This document shows, in pieces, positions 35,928 through 44,769 of a stretch of DNA of 54,734 bases (the stretch's first letter is position 1; each line of letters opens with the position of its first letter). Source of the stretch: Betaproteobacteria bacterium (GTDB lineage Bacteria; Pseudomonadota; Gammaproteobacteria; Burkholderiales; SG8-41). Both the position numbers and the translations under genes were made by a program. The notes under the pieces were generated by a model. That model saw only the letters and a program-made list of their open reading frames with translations. It ran no database searches and was not told the DNA's origin. The stretch spans positions 1 through 54,734 of the forward strand of contig JAQGMV010000252.1 of the NCBI GenBank assembly GCA_028292225.1. The letters are read 5' to 3'.

Positions 35928-36668
35928 CTAGCGTAGCAGGAGCGGTACGCCGCTCAGGATCAGGACCACTGCGACGAAGCGCTTGAATTTGATCTCGTCC
36001 AGATTGGTGTGCAGATGATTGCCCGCCCACACGCCCAGCGCCATCGCCGGCAGTGCAGCGGCGCATACGACCAGCGCCTCCCGGTCGAAAGCGCCGGCCC
36101 ACAGATAGCCCGCGCCGCGCATGACGCCCAGGCCCACGAGGACCGCGGCGACGGTCGCGCGAAATTCGATCTTCGGCAGCTTCAGCAGATCGAGATACAT
36201 CGCGAAGAACATCCCTGCGCTCGCACCGAAGAGCGAGCCTACGAAACCGCCGACGCTGCCCGCGAGCGGCGTGATGACCTTCATCGGCAGGCGCCGGTCG
36301 GGCGCAGGCGTGATCGTGCGCCACATCGAATGCGCGCCATAGCCGATCGCGAAGATGCCGAGTGCGTTGCCGAGGGTTTCGGAGTCGAGGTTCGCGAAAA
36401 GGTAAACGCCGAGCCCGACACCGAGCCCGCACCAGGGCAGCAGCTGGCGCAGCGGCGCCCACGCGATGTGACGGTAATCGTTGCGCAGGATCATTCCCGA
36501 CGACAGGATGCCGAGAACGGTGACCATCGGGGCGACGGTCTTCACCGACATGATGAGCGCGAGCAGCGGCACGGTGACGCCGCCGAAGCCGGTGCTGCCG
36601 CGGATCGCGTACGACACGAACACGACGACCGCGAAGAAAAGCCATTGGAGGACAGTGAGCTCACTCAC
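35928..36668 (-). CDS. TauE/SafE-family sulfite/organosulfonate exporter
   Basis: 246 aa, polytopic, Gly-rich TM helices typical of the family. Lies 22 nt upstream of the rhodanese gene. Confidence 0.85.
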   Translation of the reverse strand: MSELTVLQWLFFAVVVFVSYAIRGSTGFGGVTVPLLALIMSVKTVAPMVTVLGILSSGMILRNDYRHIAWAPLRQLLPWCGLGVGLGVYLFANLDSETLGNALGIFAIGYGAHSMWRTITPAPDRRLPMKVITPLAGSVGGFVGSLFGASAGMFFAMYLDLLKLPKIEFRATVAAVLVGLGVMRGAGYLWAGAFDREALVVCAAALPAMALGVWAGNHLHTNLDEIKFKRFVAVVLILSGVPLLLR

Positions 36669-36688
36669 GGCTCACGCGCCCCGGCTCG

Positions 36689-38170
36689 TCATTTATGGGA
36701 TTTGCGGTGTTCCGGATTTCCGCCGAGCAACGCGGCGGTCGGACGCTTGGGCCTGCCTCTGGAGGGCAGCGCCGCGTCGTCCGACTCGGGCTTGGAAGCG
36801 CTCGTCACGGACGGCTCATAAGGCTTCGAGAAATCGAAGTCCGACGCGGATGGTTGCTTGTGTCCTGACGACTTGGCGTGCGACGACGGCCGATGCTCGC
36901 GCTCCGGAGGCCTCGGCGCGCGCGCAGGCCGCGAGGACTCGCGCTCGCTGTGTCTCGGGCTCGAGCCGCCGCGCGAGCCGTGCTCTTCGCGTTCCCCGTG
37001 GCGCGGGGAGCGGGGAGCGCGCTCTTCGCCGTCGAAACCAGCGGGAAGCTCGAGCTTCGGAATGGGGCGCTTCAGCAGCTTCTCGATGTCGCCGAGCAGC
37101 CTGACTTCGTCGGCTGCCATGAACGAGATCGCCTCGCCGGTCTGGCCCGCGCGACCGGTACGGCCGATGCGGTGCACATAATCTTCGGGCGTATACGGAA
37201 GCTCGTAGTTGATGACGTAAGGCAGCTGCTCGATGTCGAGCCCGCGCGCCGCAATGTCGGTCGCGACCAGGACCGTCGCCCGGCCTTCCTTGAAATCGGA
37301 CAGCGCCTGTTCGCGCTCCGCCTGCGAGCGATCGCTGTGGATCGCCGTCGCGTTGATGCCGTCGCGCACGAGCTCCCGCGCGAGGCGATTGGCGTCGATT
37401 TTCTTGCGCACGAACACGAGCACCTGCTTCATCTCGCGCGTGCGGATGAGGTGAGCGAGGAGCGCGCGCTTGCGCGTGCCCGGCACTTCGTAGACCTGGT
37501 GCGTGATGACTTCCGAAGGCGTGTTGCGGCGCGCGACTTCGATCATCGTCGGGGTGCGCAGCATGACGTTCGCGAGCTTGCGGATCTCTTCCGAGAACGT
37601 CGCGGAGAAGAGCAGGGTCTGCCGTTCCTTCGGCAGCACGGCCTGAATCCGCCTGATGTCCGGCAGGAAGCCCATGTCGAGCATACGGTCGGCTTCGTCG
37701 AGCACCAGGATTTCCACGCGCGAGAGGTTGACTGTCTTCTGCTCGAGGTGATCGAGCAGGCGGCCCGGTGTCGCGATCAGGATCTCCACGCCGCCGTGGA
37801 GCGCTTTCTTCTGCGGCAGGATGTCGACGCCGCCGTAGACCATCGTGGAGCGCAGCGGCAGGTGCTTGCCGTAGACCTTCACGCTTTCCGCAACCTGCGC
37901 CGCGAGCTCGCGCGTCGGCGTGAGTATCAGCGCGCGGATCGGGTGGCGTGCGGGCGAAGGGCTGGTGTTCGCCTGGGGTGCGAGGATCTGCAGCAGCGGG
38001 AGCGTGAATCCGGCGGTCTTGCCGGTGCCCGTCTGCGCGCAGCCCATGATGTCGCGGCGCTCGAGGATCGCGGGTATGGCTTGCGCCTGGATCGGGGTGG
38101 GCTCTGTGTAGCCCTCATCGGAAACTGCCTGCAGCAGCTCCGGCATCAGATTCAGTGAATCGAAGGACAT
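36689..38170 (-). CDS. DEAD-box ATP-dependent RNA helicase (RhlE-like)
   Basis: ATG 38170 gives [33 protein letters not shown] (Q motif). Also [15 protein letters not shown] and [10 protein letters not shown]. Basic Arg/Ser/Pro-rich C-terminal tail. Confidence 0.93.
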   Translation of the reverse strand: MSFDSLNLMPELLQAVSDEGYTEPTPIQAQAIPAILERRDIMGCAQTGTGKTAGFTLPLLQILAPQANTSPSPARHPIRALILTPTRELAAQVAESVKVYGKHLPLRSTMVYGGVDILPQKKALHGGVEILIATPGRLLDHLEQKTVNLSRVEILVLDEADRMLDMGFLPDIRRIQAVLPKERQTLLFSATFSEEIRKLANVMLRTPTMIEVARRNTPSEVITHQVYEVPGTRKRALLAHLIRTREMKQVLVFVRKKIDANRLARELVRDGINATAIHSDRSQAEREQALSDFKEGRATVLVATDIAARGLDIEQLPYVINYELPYTPEDYVHRIGRTGRAGQTGEAISFMAADEVRLLGDIEKLLKRPIPKLELPAGFDGEERAPRSPRHGEREEHGSRGGSSPRHSERESSRPARAPRPPEREHRPSSHAKSSGHKQPSASDFDFSKPYEPSVTSASKPESDDAALPSRGRPKRPTAALLGGNPEHRKSHK

Positions 38171-38385
38171 CGCTCGCAGAAAAGATAACCCGTTACCGGG
38201 TGCTGGAGCGCGTGGCGCTGAAGGTCGACTCGGCGGCGGTGGGGTTGAAGGGCAGTCGAACGCACGTGCGTGCGACTGAGCACATAGTATAGCGCGACCC
38301 CACCGGACGAGCCAGCCGGGGCCTGAAAAGTGCCGATGATTCAAGAATCTGGTATATTTCTTCGCACCGGAGGACTGCGCAACGA

Positions 38386-39012
38386 ATGATGCCGCATGAA
38401 CCTGATTTCCCGGCGCCGGATGAAGGTTTGAGAGCTTTATACCCGCTCGTCCTGACGCTCGATATGCACGGGGTGCCGCACCGCTGGATCACCTGGCAGC
38501 ACGCCTGCTACTACTACGCCAAGAACCAGGTGGCGTGGACGCTGGGCGAGCGCGCTTTCACCGTCTACGGCGGCCTGAATCGCAGCACCGGTGCGCGATC
38601 CGAAATCACCGCCAGCAGCATCATCGCCGTCAAAGGCAAGGCGATGGCGATGAAGTCTTTCAACCAGATCCCGCCGCTGAACAACCGCGAGCTTTTCCAT
38701 CGGGATCGCCAGATTTGCGCGTATTGCGGAACGATGCTCCCGATTTCGAAGCTGACTCGCGATCACATCAAGCCTTTTTCGCGCGGGGGCAAGGATACGT
38801 GGATGAACGTGGTCGCCGCGTGCCGCGGCTGCAACGAGAAGAAGAGCGATCGCACGCCCGAGTCCTCCGGCATGGAGCTCCTGTACCTGCCGTACGTGCC
38901 GAACCGCGCCGAATACCTGATCCTCACCAACCGGCGCATCCTCGCCGACCAGATGGATTTTCTGGCCCAGCACGTGCCGGCGCAAAGCCGGCTGCACCAG
39001 AAAATGGCGTGA
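38386..39012 (+). CDS. HNH endonuclease family protein
   Basis: 208 aa. CAYCG...[11 protein letters not shown]...[15 protein letters not shown] (CxxC...H-N...CxxC) follows a roughly 110-aa N-terminal region that I cannot assign. Confidence 0.85.
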   Translation: MMPHEPDFPAPDEGLRALYPLVLTLDMHGVPHRWITWQHACYYYAKNQVAWTLGERAFTVYGGLNRSTGARSEITASSIIAVKGKAMAMKSFNQIPPLNNRELFHRDRQICAYCGTMLPISKLTRDHIKPFSRGGKDTWMNVVAACRGCNEKKSDRTPESSGMELLYLPYVPNRAEYLILTNRRILADQMDFLAQHVPAQSRLHQKMA

Positions 39013-39118
39013 CCTCGGCGCAGCTCGCCTGCGCCACGCCCCTGGTTTCTTCCCCCGCGCCCACTCCGGGCACGCTTCCCGCAGCGCGATCGGCGCGCTT
39101 TTTCATACCACTCCGTCA

Positions 39119-39964
39119 ATGACTTCATCGCGAGTTTCCGCTTACGACCTGCACTGCCATTCGACCCGGTCCGACGGCGTCATGCAGCCGGGAGAGGTCG
39201 TGGCGCGGGCTGCGCAGCGAGGCGTGAAGACGCTCGCGCTCACCGATCATGACGAACTCAGCGGGCTCGTCGAGGCGGGCGCCGCGGCAGAGGCCGCAGG
39301 AATCCGCCTGATCGACGCAGTGGAAGTCTCGGTGACCTGGCACGACCACACGATTCATATCGTCGGCTTGCACGTCGATCGCGGCCACGAAGTACTGATC
39401 GAAGGCCTGCGCTCCAACCGCTCCGGACGGTACGAGCGGGCGGAGCGCATGTCCGCGGAGCTCGAACGCGTCGGCATCCCCGGAGCGCTCGCAGGCGCTC
39501 AGGCATACGTCACCAATCCCGAGCTCGTGAGCCGCACCCACTTTGCGCGCTTCCTCGTCGAAAGCGGCCGCGCCCGCAGCACGCAGGCCGTCTTCGACAC
39601 CTATCTGGGCACAGGGAAACCCGGCTACGTTGCCCACGAATGGGCGAGCCTGCAGGATGCCGTCCACTGGATCCGTGTCGCCGGCGGCATGGCGGTCATC
39701 GCCCACCCGGGGCGCTACAAACTCGACGATTCCCGGCGCGACGAGCTGCTGGGAACGTTCAGGGATCTCGGCGGCGTCGGAATCGAGGTGGTGACCGGAA
39801 GCCACACGCCCGACCAGTACGGCTACTGGGCGAGGCGCGCGGGCGAATTCGGATTCCTCGCTTCAACCGGGTCCGATTTTCATGGGCCGCGCGAGAGCTA
39901 TCGCGACCTGGGCGACTTGCCGCCGCTGCCGGCCGGCTGCCGCCCGATATGGGATGAGTTTTGA
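39119..39964 (+). CDS. trpH: PHP-domain phosphoesterase TrpH/YciV (RNase AM-like)
   Basis: YDLHCHSTRSDG...LALTDHD...HIVGL. Followed by yciO, as in E. coli. Confidence 0.9.
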   Translation: MTSSRVSAYDLHCHSTRSDGVMQPGEVVARAAQRGVKTLALTDHDELSGLVEAGAAAEAAGIRLIDAVEVSVTWHDHTIHIVGLHVDRGHEVLIEGLRSNRSGRYERAERMSAELERVGIPGALAGAQAYVTNPELVSRTHFARFLVESGRARSTQAVFDTYLGTGKPGYVAHEWASLQDAVHWIRVAGGMAVIAHPGRYKLDDSRRDELLGTFRDLGGVGIEVVTGSHTPDQYGYWARRAGEFGFLASTGSDFHGPRESYRDLGDLPPLPAGCRPIWDEF

Positions 39965-40051
39965 GTGTTCAGTGATGAGTGTTTAGTGATGAGTCGCCGA
40001 TACGCGCTGATATGCCGTTCACTAAAAACTCAACACTGAACACTTAAAACT
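39957..40051. repeat. Heptamer-array inverted-repeat element, copy B
   Basis: Left arm: AGTTTTG AGTGTTC AGTGATG AGTGTTT AGTGATG. Spacer: about 25 nt, GC-rich. Right arm: GTTCACT AAAAACT CAACACT GAACACT TAAAACT. The first heptamer overlaps the trpH stop codon. Confidence 0.9.
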
Positions 40052-40063
40052 GAAGTCCCCTCC

Positions 40064-40687
40064 TTGGCTCAGCTTTTCAACATCCACCCGGAGAACCCGC
40101 AGCCGCGGCTGATCCGCCAGGCCGCCGAGATCGTGCGCGCCGGCGGGGTGATCGTGTATCCGACCGACTCGTGCTGCGCGCTGGGATGCCGCATTGGCGA
40201 CAAGGCGGCGATGGAGCGCATACGCGAGATACGCGGGGTCGATGAGCGCCATCATCTGACGCTGGTGTGCCGCGATCTCGCGGAAATCGGCCAGTATGCG
40301 AAAGTCGACAACACGCAGTTCCGCCTGCTCAAGGCGACCACGCCGGGCAGCTACACTTTCATTCTGCAGGCGACGAGAGAGGTTCCCAAGCGTCTGCTCC
40401 ATCCGAGCCGGCGCACGATCGGGTTGCGAGTGCCGGAGCACACCGTCGCCCAGGCGTTGCTCGCGGAGCTCGGAGAGCCGCTGCTGTCCTCGACATTGAT
40501 GCTTCCTGGTGACGAGCAGCCGCTCAACGATCCGGAAGAAATCCGCGAGCGCCTCGAGCGCCGCATCGAGCTCGTGATCGATGGAGGCCCGTGCGGCATC
40601 GTGCCCACCACGGTGGTCGATCTCACCGGCGATGTGCCCGTCATCACGAGGGTAGGCAAAGGCAGCACGGCACCTTTTGGCGCCTAG
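40064..40687 (+). CDS. yciO: YciO (YrdC/Sua5-fold) protein
   Basis: TTG start gives (M)AQLFNIHPENPQPRLIRQAAEIVRAGGVIVYPTDSCCALGC..., collinear from residue 1 with E. coli YciO as I recall it. Confidence 0.9.
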   Translation: MAQLFNIHPENPQPRLIRQAAEIVRAGGVIVYPTDSCCALGCRIGDKAAMERIREIRGVDERHHLTLVCRDLAEIGQYAKVDNTQFRLLKATTPGSYTFILQATREVPKRLLHPSRRTIGLRVPEHTVAQALLAELGEPLLSSTLMLPGDEQPLNDPEEIRERLERRIELVIDGGPCGIVPTTVVDLTGDVPVITRVGKGSTAPFGA

Positions 40688-40701
40688 CGCGCCAAGAGCG
40701 C

Positions 40702-40839
40702 AGTGTTGAGTTTTAAGTGTTGAGTGGTGCGCCGCGAGCGGACGCAATGAGGTGCCGAAGTTGCCGATGTTAGAATCCGCCGCAGACGTGCTGCATGCGC
40801 GCGACCCCACTAAACACTCAACACTCATCACTAAACATT
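40702..40839. repeat. Heptamer-array inverted-repeat element, copy C
   Basis: Left arm: AGTGTTG AGTTTTA AGTGTTG AGTGGTG. Spacer: about 75 nt. Right arm: CCCCACT AAACACT CAACACT CATCACT AAACATT. Confidence 0.9.
40768..40776 (+). promoter_or_regulatory. Extended -10 promoter element (TGtTAGAAT) inside the spacer of element C
   Basis: Matches the TGnTAtAAT pattern. TAGAAT is also the -10 of the four rRNA-leader promoters in this window. No good -35. Confidence 0.4.
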
Positions 40840-40848
40840 GAATTCCAG

Positions 40849-41547
40849 GTGGACTTAAACCTCGTCCAGGTGATCGCGATATACGCGTTGCCGGTCATAC
40901 TCGCGATTACCCTGCACGAAGCCGCGCACGGTTATGTCGCGATGCGCTTCGGCGACATGACCGCGTATGCGGCCGGCCGCGTGACGCTGAACCCGATCAA
41001 GCACATCGATCCCATCGGAACCATCGCGCTGCCGCTGGCACTGCTCGCGCTCGGCAAGCTCTTCGGCGGCGGCGGTATGCTTTTCGGCTGGGCGAAGCCG
41101 GTGCCGGTCAACTTCGCGAACCTGCGCCATCCGAAGCGCGACATGCTCTGGGTCGCCGCTGCCGGACCGATGAGCAATCTTGCGATGGCCCTGCTGTGGG
41201 CGATCGTCGCGAAGCTGAGCATCTCTATGCCGCAAAGCGCCTTTGCGCTTCCGCTCGCGCTCATGGGCGCGGCCGGTGTTCTGGTGAACCTCATCTTCAT
41301 GGTGCTCAACCTGCTCCCGCTGCCGCCGCTCGACGGAGGGCGCATCCTGACGAGCCTGCTTCCGCATCGTATGGCGTACGCGTTTTCGCGCGTCGAGCCG
41401 TACGGATTCATCATCCTTCTGGTGCTGCTTTTCACCGGCGTGCTCGGCTTCGTTTTGTGGCCGCTGGTCAGCGTCGCGCTGTGGATTTTCGAGCGCGGTT
41501 TCGGCGTGCCGTTCGTCGAGCTCATCAGCCTCGCGCGCGCGCGGTAG
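40849..41547 (+). CDS. Site-2 protease (M50) family membrane metalloprotease
   Basis: ALPVILAITLHEAAHGYVAMRFGD (HExxH in a TM helix) and NLLPLPPLDGG. GTG 40849 is preferred because the first 18 codons of track ORF 40795 consist of the heptamer repeat. Confidence 0.85.
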   Translation: MDLNLVQVIAIYALPVILAITLHEAAHGYVAMRFGDMTAYAAGRVTLNPIKHIDPIGTIALPLALLALGKLFGGGGMLFGWAKPVPVNFANLRHPKRDMLWVAAAGPMSNLAMALLWAIVAKLSISMPQSAFALPLALMGAAGVLVNLIFMVLNLLPLPPLDGGRILTSLLPHRMAYAFSRVEPYGFIILLVLLFTGVLGFVLWPLVSVALWIFERGFGVPFVELISLARAR

Positions 41548-41583
41548 AAGCGTCGCGCCTTTCTCGTCCGCATATCACTGCAC

Positions 41584-42786
41584 ATGTTCACCAATCGAGT
41601 CCTGTCCGGAATGCGCCCCACCGGCGCGCTGCACCTGGGTCATTACCACGGGGTCCTGAAGAACTGGCTGAAGCTCCAGCATGAGCACGAATGCCTGTTC
41701 TTCGTCGCCGACTGGCACGCGCTGACCACACATTACGACGAGCCCGGCCAGATCGAGCAGCACGCGTGGGACATGGTGATCGACTGGCTCGCCGCGGGTG
41801 TCGATCCCGCGCAGGCCACGCTGTTCATCCAGTCCCAGGTTCCGGCGCACGCCGAGCTGCACCTGCTGCTCTCGATGATCACGCCGCTGCCGTGGCTCGA
41901 GCGCGTGCCGACCTATAAGGATCAGCAGGAAAAGCTCACCGACAAGGATCTGTCGACCTACGGCTTTCTCGGCTACCCTCTGCTGCAGAGCGCGGACATC
42001 CTCATCTATCGCGCGAGCCGGATTCCGGTCGGCGAGGATCAGGTCCCGCACATCGAATTCACCCGCGAGATCGCGCGCCGCTTCAACCACATGTTCGGGC
42101 GCGAGCCGGGTTTCGAGCAGAAAGCCGAGCAGGCGGTGAAAAAGCTCGGATCGCGGCGTGCGCGCCTTTACCGTGAGCTGCGCGCCAAATTCCAGGAGCA
42201 GGGGGATACCGCTGCGCTCGAGGCCGGACGCGCCTTGCTGGAGGAAACACAAAACCTCACGATGGGTGATCGCGAGCGCCTCTTCGGCTTTCTCGAGGGC
42301 GGCGGCAAGGTGATCCTCACCGAGCCGCATGCGCTCCTCACCGCTGCGTCGAAAATGCCCGGCCTCGACGGCCAGAAAATGTCGAAGTCGTATAAGAACA
42401 CGATCGCTTTGCGCGAAGACCCGGAGACGGTGACGAAGAAGATCCGGACGATGCCGACCGATCCGGCGCGCGTGAAGCGCACCGATCGCGGCGAGCCCGA
42501 AAAATGCCCGGTCTGGCGGCTTCATCAGCTTTATTCGGACGAAAAAACCCGGGAATGGGTGCAGGTCGGCTGCCGCAGCGCGGGCATCGGGTGTCTCGAA
42601 TGCAAGCAGCCGGTGATCGACGGGGTCCTCGCGGAGCTGAAGCCCATCCGGGAGCGCGCGGAGCATTATCTGGACGATCCCACCCTGGTGCGGAACATCG
42701 TTGCCGACGGGGCCGAGAAAGCCCGCAAGCTCGCGCAGGAGACCCTGCGCGACGTCAGGCAGGTGATGGGGTTGGATTATTCCTGA
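41584..42786 (+). CDS. trpS: Tryptophan--tRNA ligase (long form with an insertion and a Cys4 motif)
   Basis: HIGH-type GALHLGHYHG, KMSKS, and 400 aa in length. Confidence 0.95.
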   Translation: MFTNRVLSGMRPTGALHLGHYHGVLKNWLKLQHEHECLFFVADWHALTTHYDEPGQIEQHAWDMVIDWLAAGVDPAQATLFIQSQVPAHAELHLLLSMITPLPWLERVPTYKDQQEKLTDKDLSTYGFLGYPLLQSADILIYRASRIPVGEDQVPHIEFTREIARRFNHMFGREPGFEQKAEQAVKKLGSRRARLYRELRAKFQEQGDTAALEAGRALLEETQNLTMGDRERLFGFLEGGGKVILTEPHALLTAASKMPGLDGQKMSKSYKNTIALREDPETVTKKIRTMPTDPARVKRTDRGEPEKCPVWRLHQLYSDEKTREWVQVGCRSAGIGCLECKQPVIDGVLAELKPIRERAEHYLDDPTLVRNIVADGAEKARKLAQETLRDVRQVMGLDYS

Positions 42787-42817
42787 AAGGTCCACCCCGC
42801 TGCGTTCGGCTCGGCTT

Positions 42818-42837
42818 CGCCGGGCCTCCGGGCGTTT
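42818..42837 (+). terminator. Weak candidate intrinsic terminator after trpS
   Basis: cgccgggcctccgggcg (6 bp with one mismatch) followed by TTT. Confidence 0.3.
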
Positions 42838-43065
42838 AGAGCGAGCTTAAGCCGCTATAGCGGCTGGATACGCCTGATCTGCTCCTGCTCACTGCCCCCA
42901 CCGTTAGTGGTTCCCCTCACGCACGACCACGATAGCTTGTAGTTTGTCGCGAAATCAGCTGTAGAATACAGCGATGCTACGACGAACAGCGCAAGCCCGG
43001 TTGGAGCCGGCCCGAAGCACCCTCGGTGGGGCCGTCCGAAGCCGTGTTAGGCGCGGAGGAAAATC

Positions 43066-43896
43066 ATGACCGAGGCCGCTGTCGCCCCAGGCGCGGACGC
43101 TCCGGGGACGCAGGTTCCCCTCGCCCTGTTTTACGGGCAGCCGATGCTCGAGATGCCGCAGGATCTGTACATCCCGCCGGACGCGCTCGAAGTGTTCCTC
43201 GAGCAGTTCGAAGGTCCGCTCGACCTGCTGCTCTACCTCATCCGCAAGGACAACATCAGCGTCCTCGAAATCCCGATGGCGAAGCTCACCATCCAGTACC
43301 TCGCGTACGTCGAGATGATACGCACGCACACGCTCGAGCTCGCCGCCGAATACCTGCTGATGGCGGCGATGCTGATCGAGATCAAGTCGCGCATGCTGCT
43401 CCCGCGGCCGACGCACGCCGACATCGAGGAAGACCCCCGCGCCGAGCTCGTGCGCAGGCTGCTCGAATACGAGCAGATGAAGCTCGCCGCTCACCGTCTG
43501 AACGAGCTGCCGCAGGCCGGACGCGACTTTACCGTGGTGTCGGTGCTTTTCGAGCGCGACGTGGGCGAGCGCCTGCCGGACGTCGAGCCCGAGGATCTGA
43601 AGATCGCGTGGCTGACCCTGCTGACCCGCGCGAACATGAACCGCCACCACACGGTGACGCGCGAGCAGCTTTCAGTGCGCTCGCACATGAGCCGTGTGCT
43701 GCGGCGTCTGCAGGAGTCGAGCTTCGTCGAATTCAGCGATCTGTTCCAGACGGAGGAGGGCGTGTCCGTGCTGGTCGTCACCTTCCTCGCGGTGCTGGAG
43801 CTCGCGCGCGAAGGTCTCATAGAAGTGAGCCAGCACGAAGCTTACACACCGATTTACGTGAAACTGCGCGGCGGACAGCTCGCCGCGGTGGCCTGA
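43066..43896 (+). CDS. scpA: Segregation and condensation protein A
   Basis: FEGPLDLLLYLIRKDNISVLEIPMAKLTIQYL is typical of ScpA. GGAGGAAAA RBS. Confidence 0.93.
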   Translation: MTEAAVAPGADAPGTQVPLALFYGQPMLEMPQDLYIPPDALEVFLEQFEGPLDLLLYLIRKDNISVLEIPMAKLTIQYLAYVEMIRTHTLELAAEYLLMAAMLIEIKSRMLLPRPTHADIEEDPRAELVRRLLEYEQMKLAAHRLNELPQAGRDFTVVSVLFERDVGERLPDVEPEDLKIAWLTLLTRANMNRHHTVTREQLSVRSHMSRVLRRLQESSFVEFSDLFQTEEGVSVLVVTFLAVLELAREGLIEVSQHEAYTPIYVKLRGGQLAAVA

Positions 43897-43899
43897 AGG

Positions 43900-44766
43900 A
43901 TGGAGCCCATGGACGAAAACCTCGATTTGAGCTATGCCAAACGTGTCCTCGAAACCGCACTGCTCACGACCCAGGAGCCGCTCACGCTGAGCGACCTGAA
44001 GAAGCTGTTCGACGATGACCTCGCCAACGACACGTTGCGCAACATCCTCGACGATCTGCGCGGTGACTGGGAAGGCCGGGGCGTCGAGCTCGTGACGGTC
44101 GCGTCGGGCTGGCGGTTTCGCGCCCGGCCCGAGTCGCAGAAATTTCTGGACAGGTTGAGCCCCCAGAAGCCCCCGAAGTATTCACGGGCGGTGCTCGAGA
44201 CGCTCGCCATCATCGCGTATCGCCAGCCGGTCACTCGCGGCGACATCGAGGACATCCGCGGCGTCACCGTGTCGAGCAATATCCTGAAGTCGCTCGAAGC
44301 ACGCGGCTGGATCGACGTCATCGGTCATCGCGAGGTGCCGGGCCGTCCGGCCATTTTTGCGACCACCAGGGCTTTCCTCGACGACATGAACCTGCGCTCG
44401 CTCGAGGAGCTGCCGGCGCTGGATGACCTCGGAACCCTCGTCGAGGCCGCGCCCGCTGCGCAGCCCGAGCTCGACGCGTCGGCCGACGCGGATGCTCAGA
44501 TGGATGAGCCGACCGAGTCATCGGACGTCGAGGCCCCGGATGCTGAAGCTGCAGCCGACTTGCAGCCGGACTCCGAAGGCCTCTCACAAGCCGAAGCAGA
44601 CGAAGGACAGCCGCTCGAAGCCGGAGCGGACGAGGTCGAAGAGGCTCCAGCGGAAGACGACGCGCGCAGCGTCGAGATCAGCTCGGACGGGAGCGAGGAC
44701 GACGGCGGCGTTCCGCCCGCGAGCGCGGACGGTCATCACGGGCATCTCTCGACCCGCCTGCACTAA
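43900..44766 (+). CDS. scpB: Segregation and condensation protein B with a roughly 100-aa acidic C-terminal extension
   Basis: LEAxLL-type N-terminus ([22 protein letters not shown]) and winged-helix core. The tail is rich in D/E/A. Confidence 0.9.
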   Translation: MEPMDENLDLSYAKRVLETALLTTQEPLTLSDLKKLFDDDLANDTLRNILDDLRGDWEGRGVELVTVASGWRFRARPESQKFLDRLSPQKPPKYSRAVLETLAIIAYRQPVTRGDIEDIRGVTVSSNILKSLEARGWIDVIGHREVPGRPAIFATTRAFLDDMNLRSLEELPALDDLGTLVEAAPAAQPELDASADADAQMDEPTESSDVEAPDAEAAADLQPDSEGLSQAEADEGQPLEAGADEVEEAPAEDDARSVEISSDGSEDDGGVPPASADGHHGHLSTRLH

Positions 44767-44769
44767 AGG

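Noticed and set aside
25616-40839. Possibility that the heptamer arrays are CRISPR arrays.
   Set aside because: The repeat unit is only 7 nt, with no unique spacers between units. The arms are inverted rather than direct, and no cas genes are present in the window.
40795-40848. ATG 40795 as the start of the M50 protease, as in the ORF track.
   Set aside because: The first 18 codons are the right arm of heptamer element C (TPLNTQHSSLNIEFQ). The conserved M50 N-terminus begins at VDLNLVQVIAIYALPV, so GTG 40849 is preferred. The start remains uncertain because there is no strong RBS.
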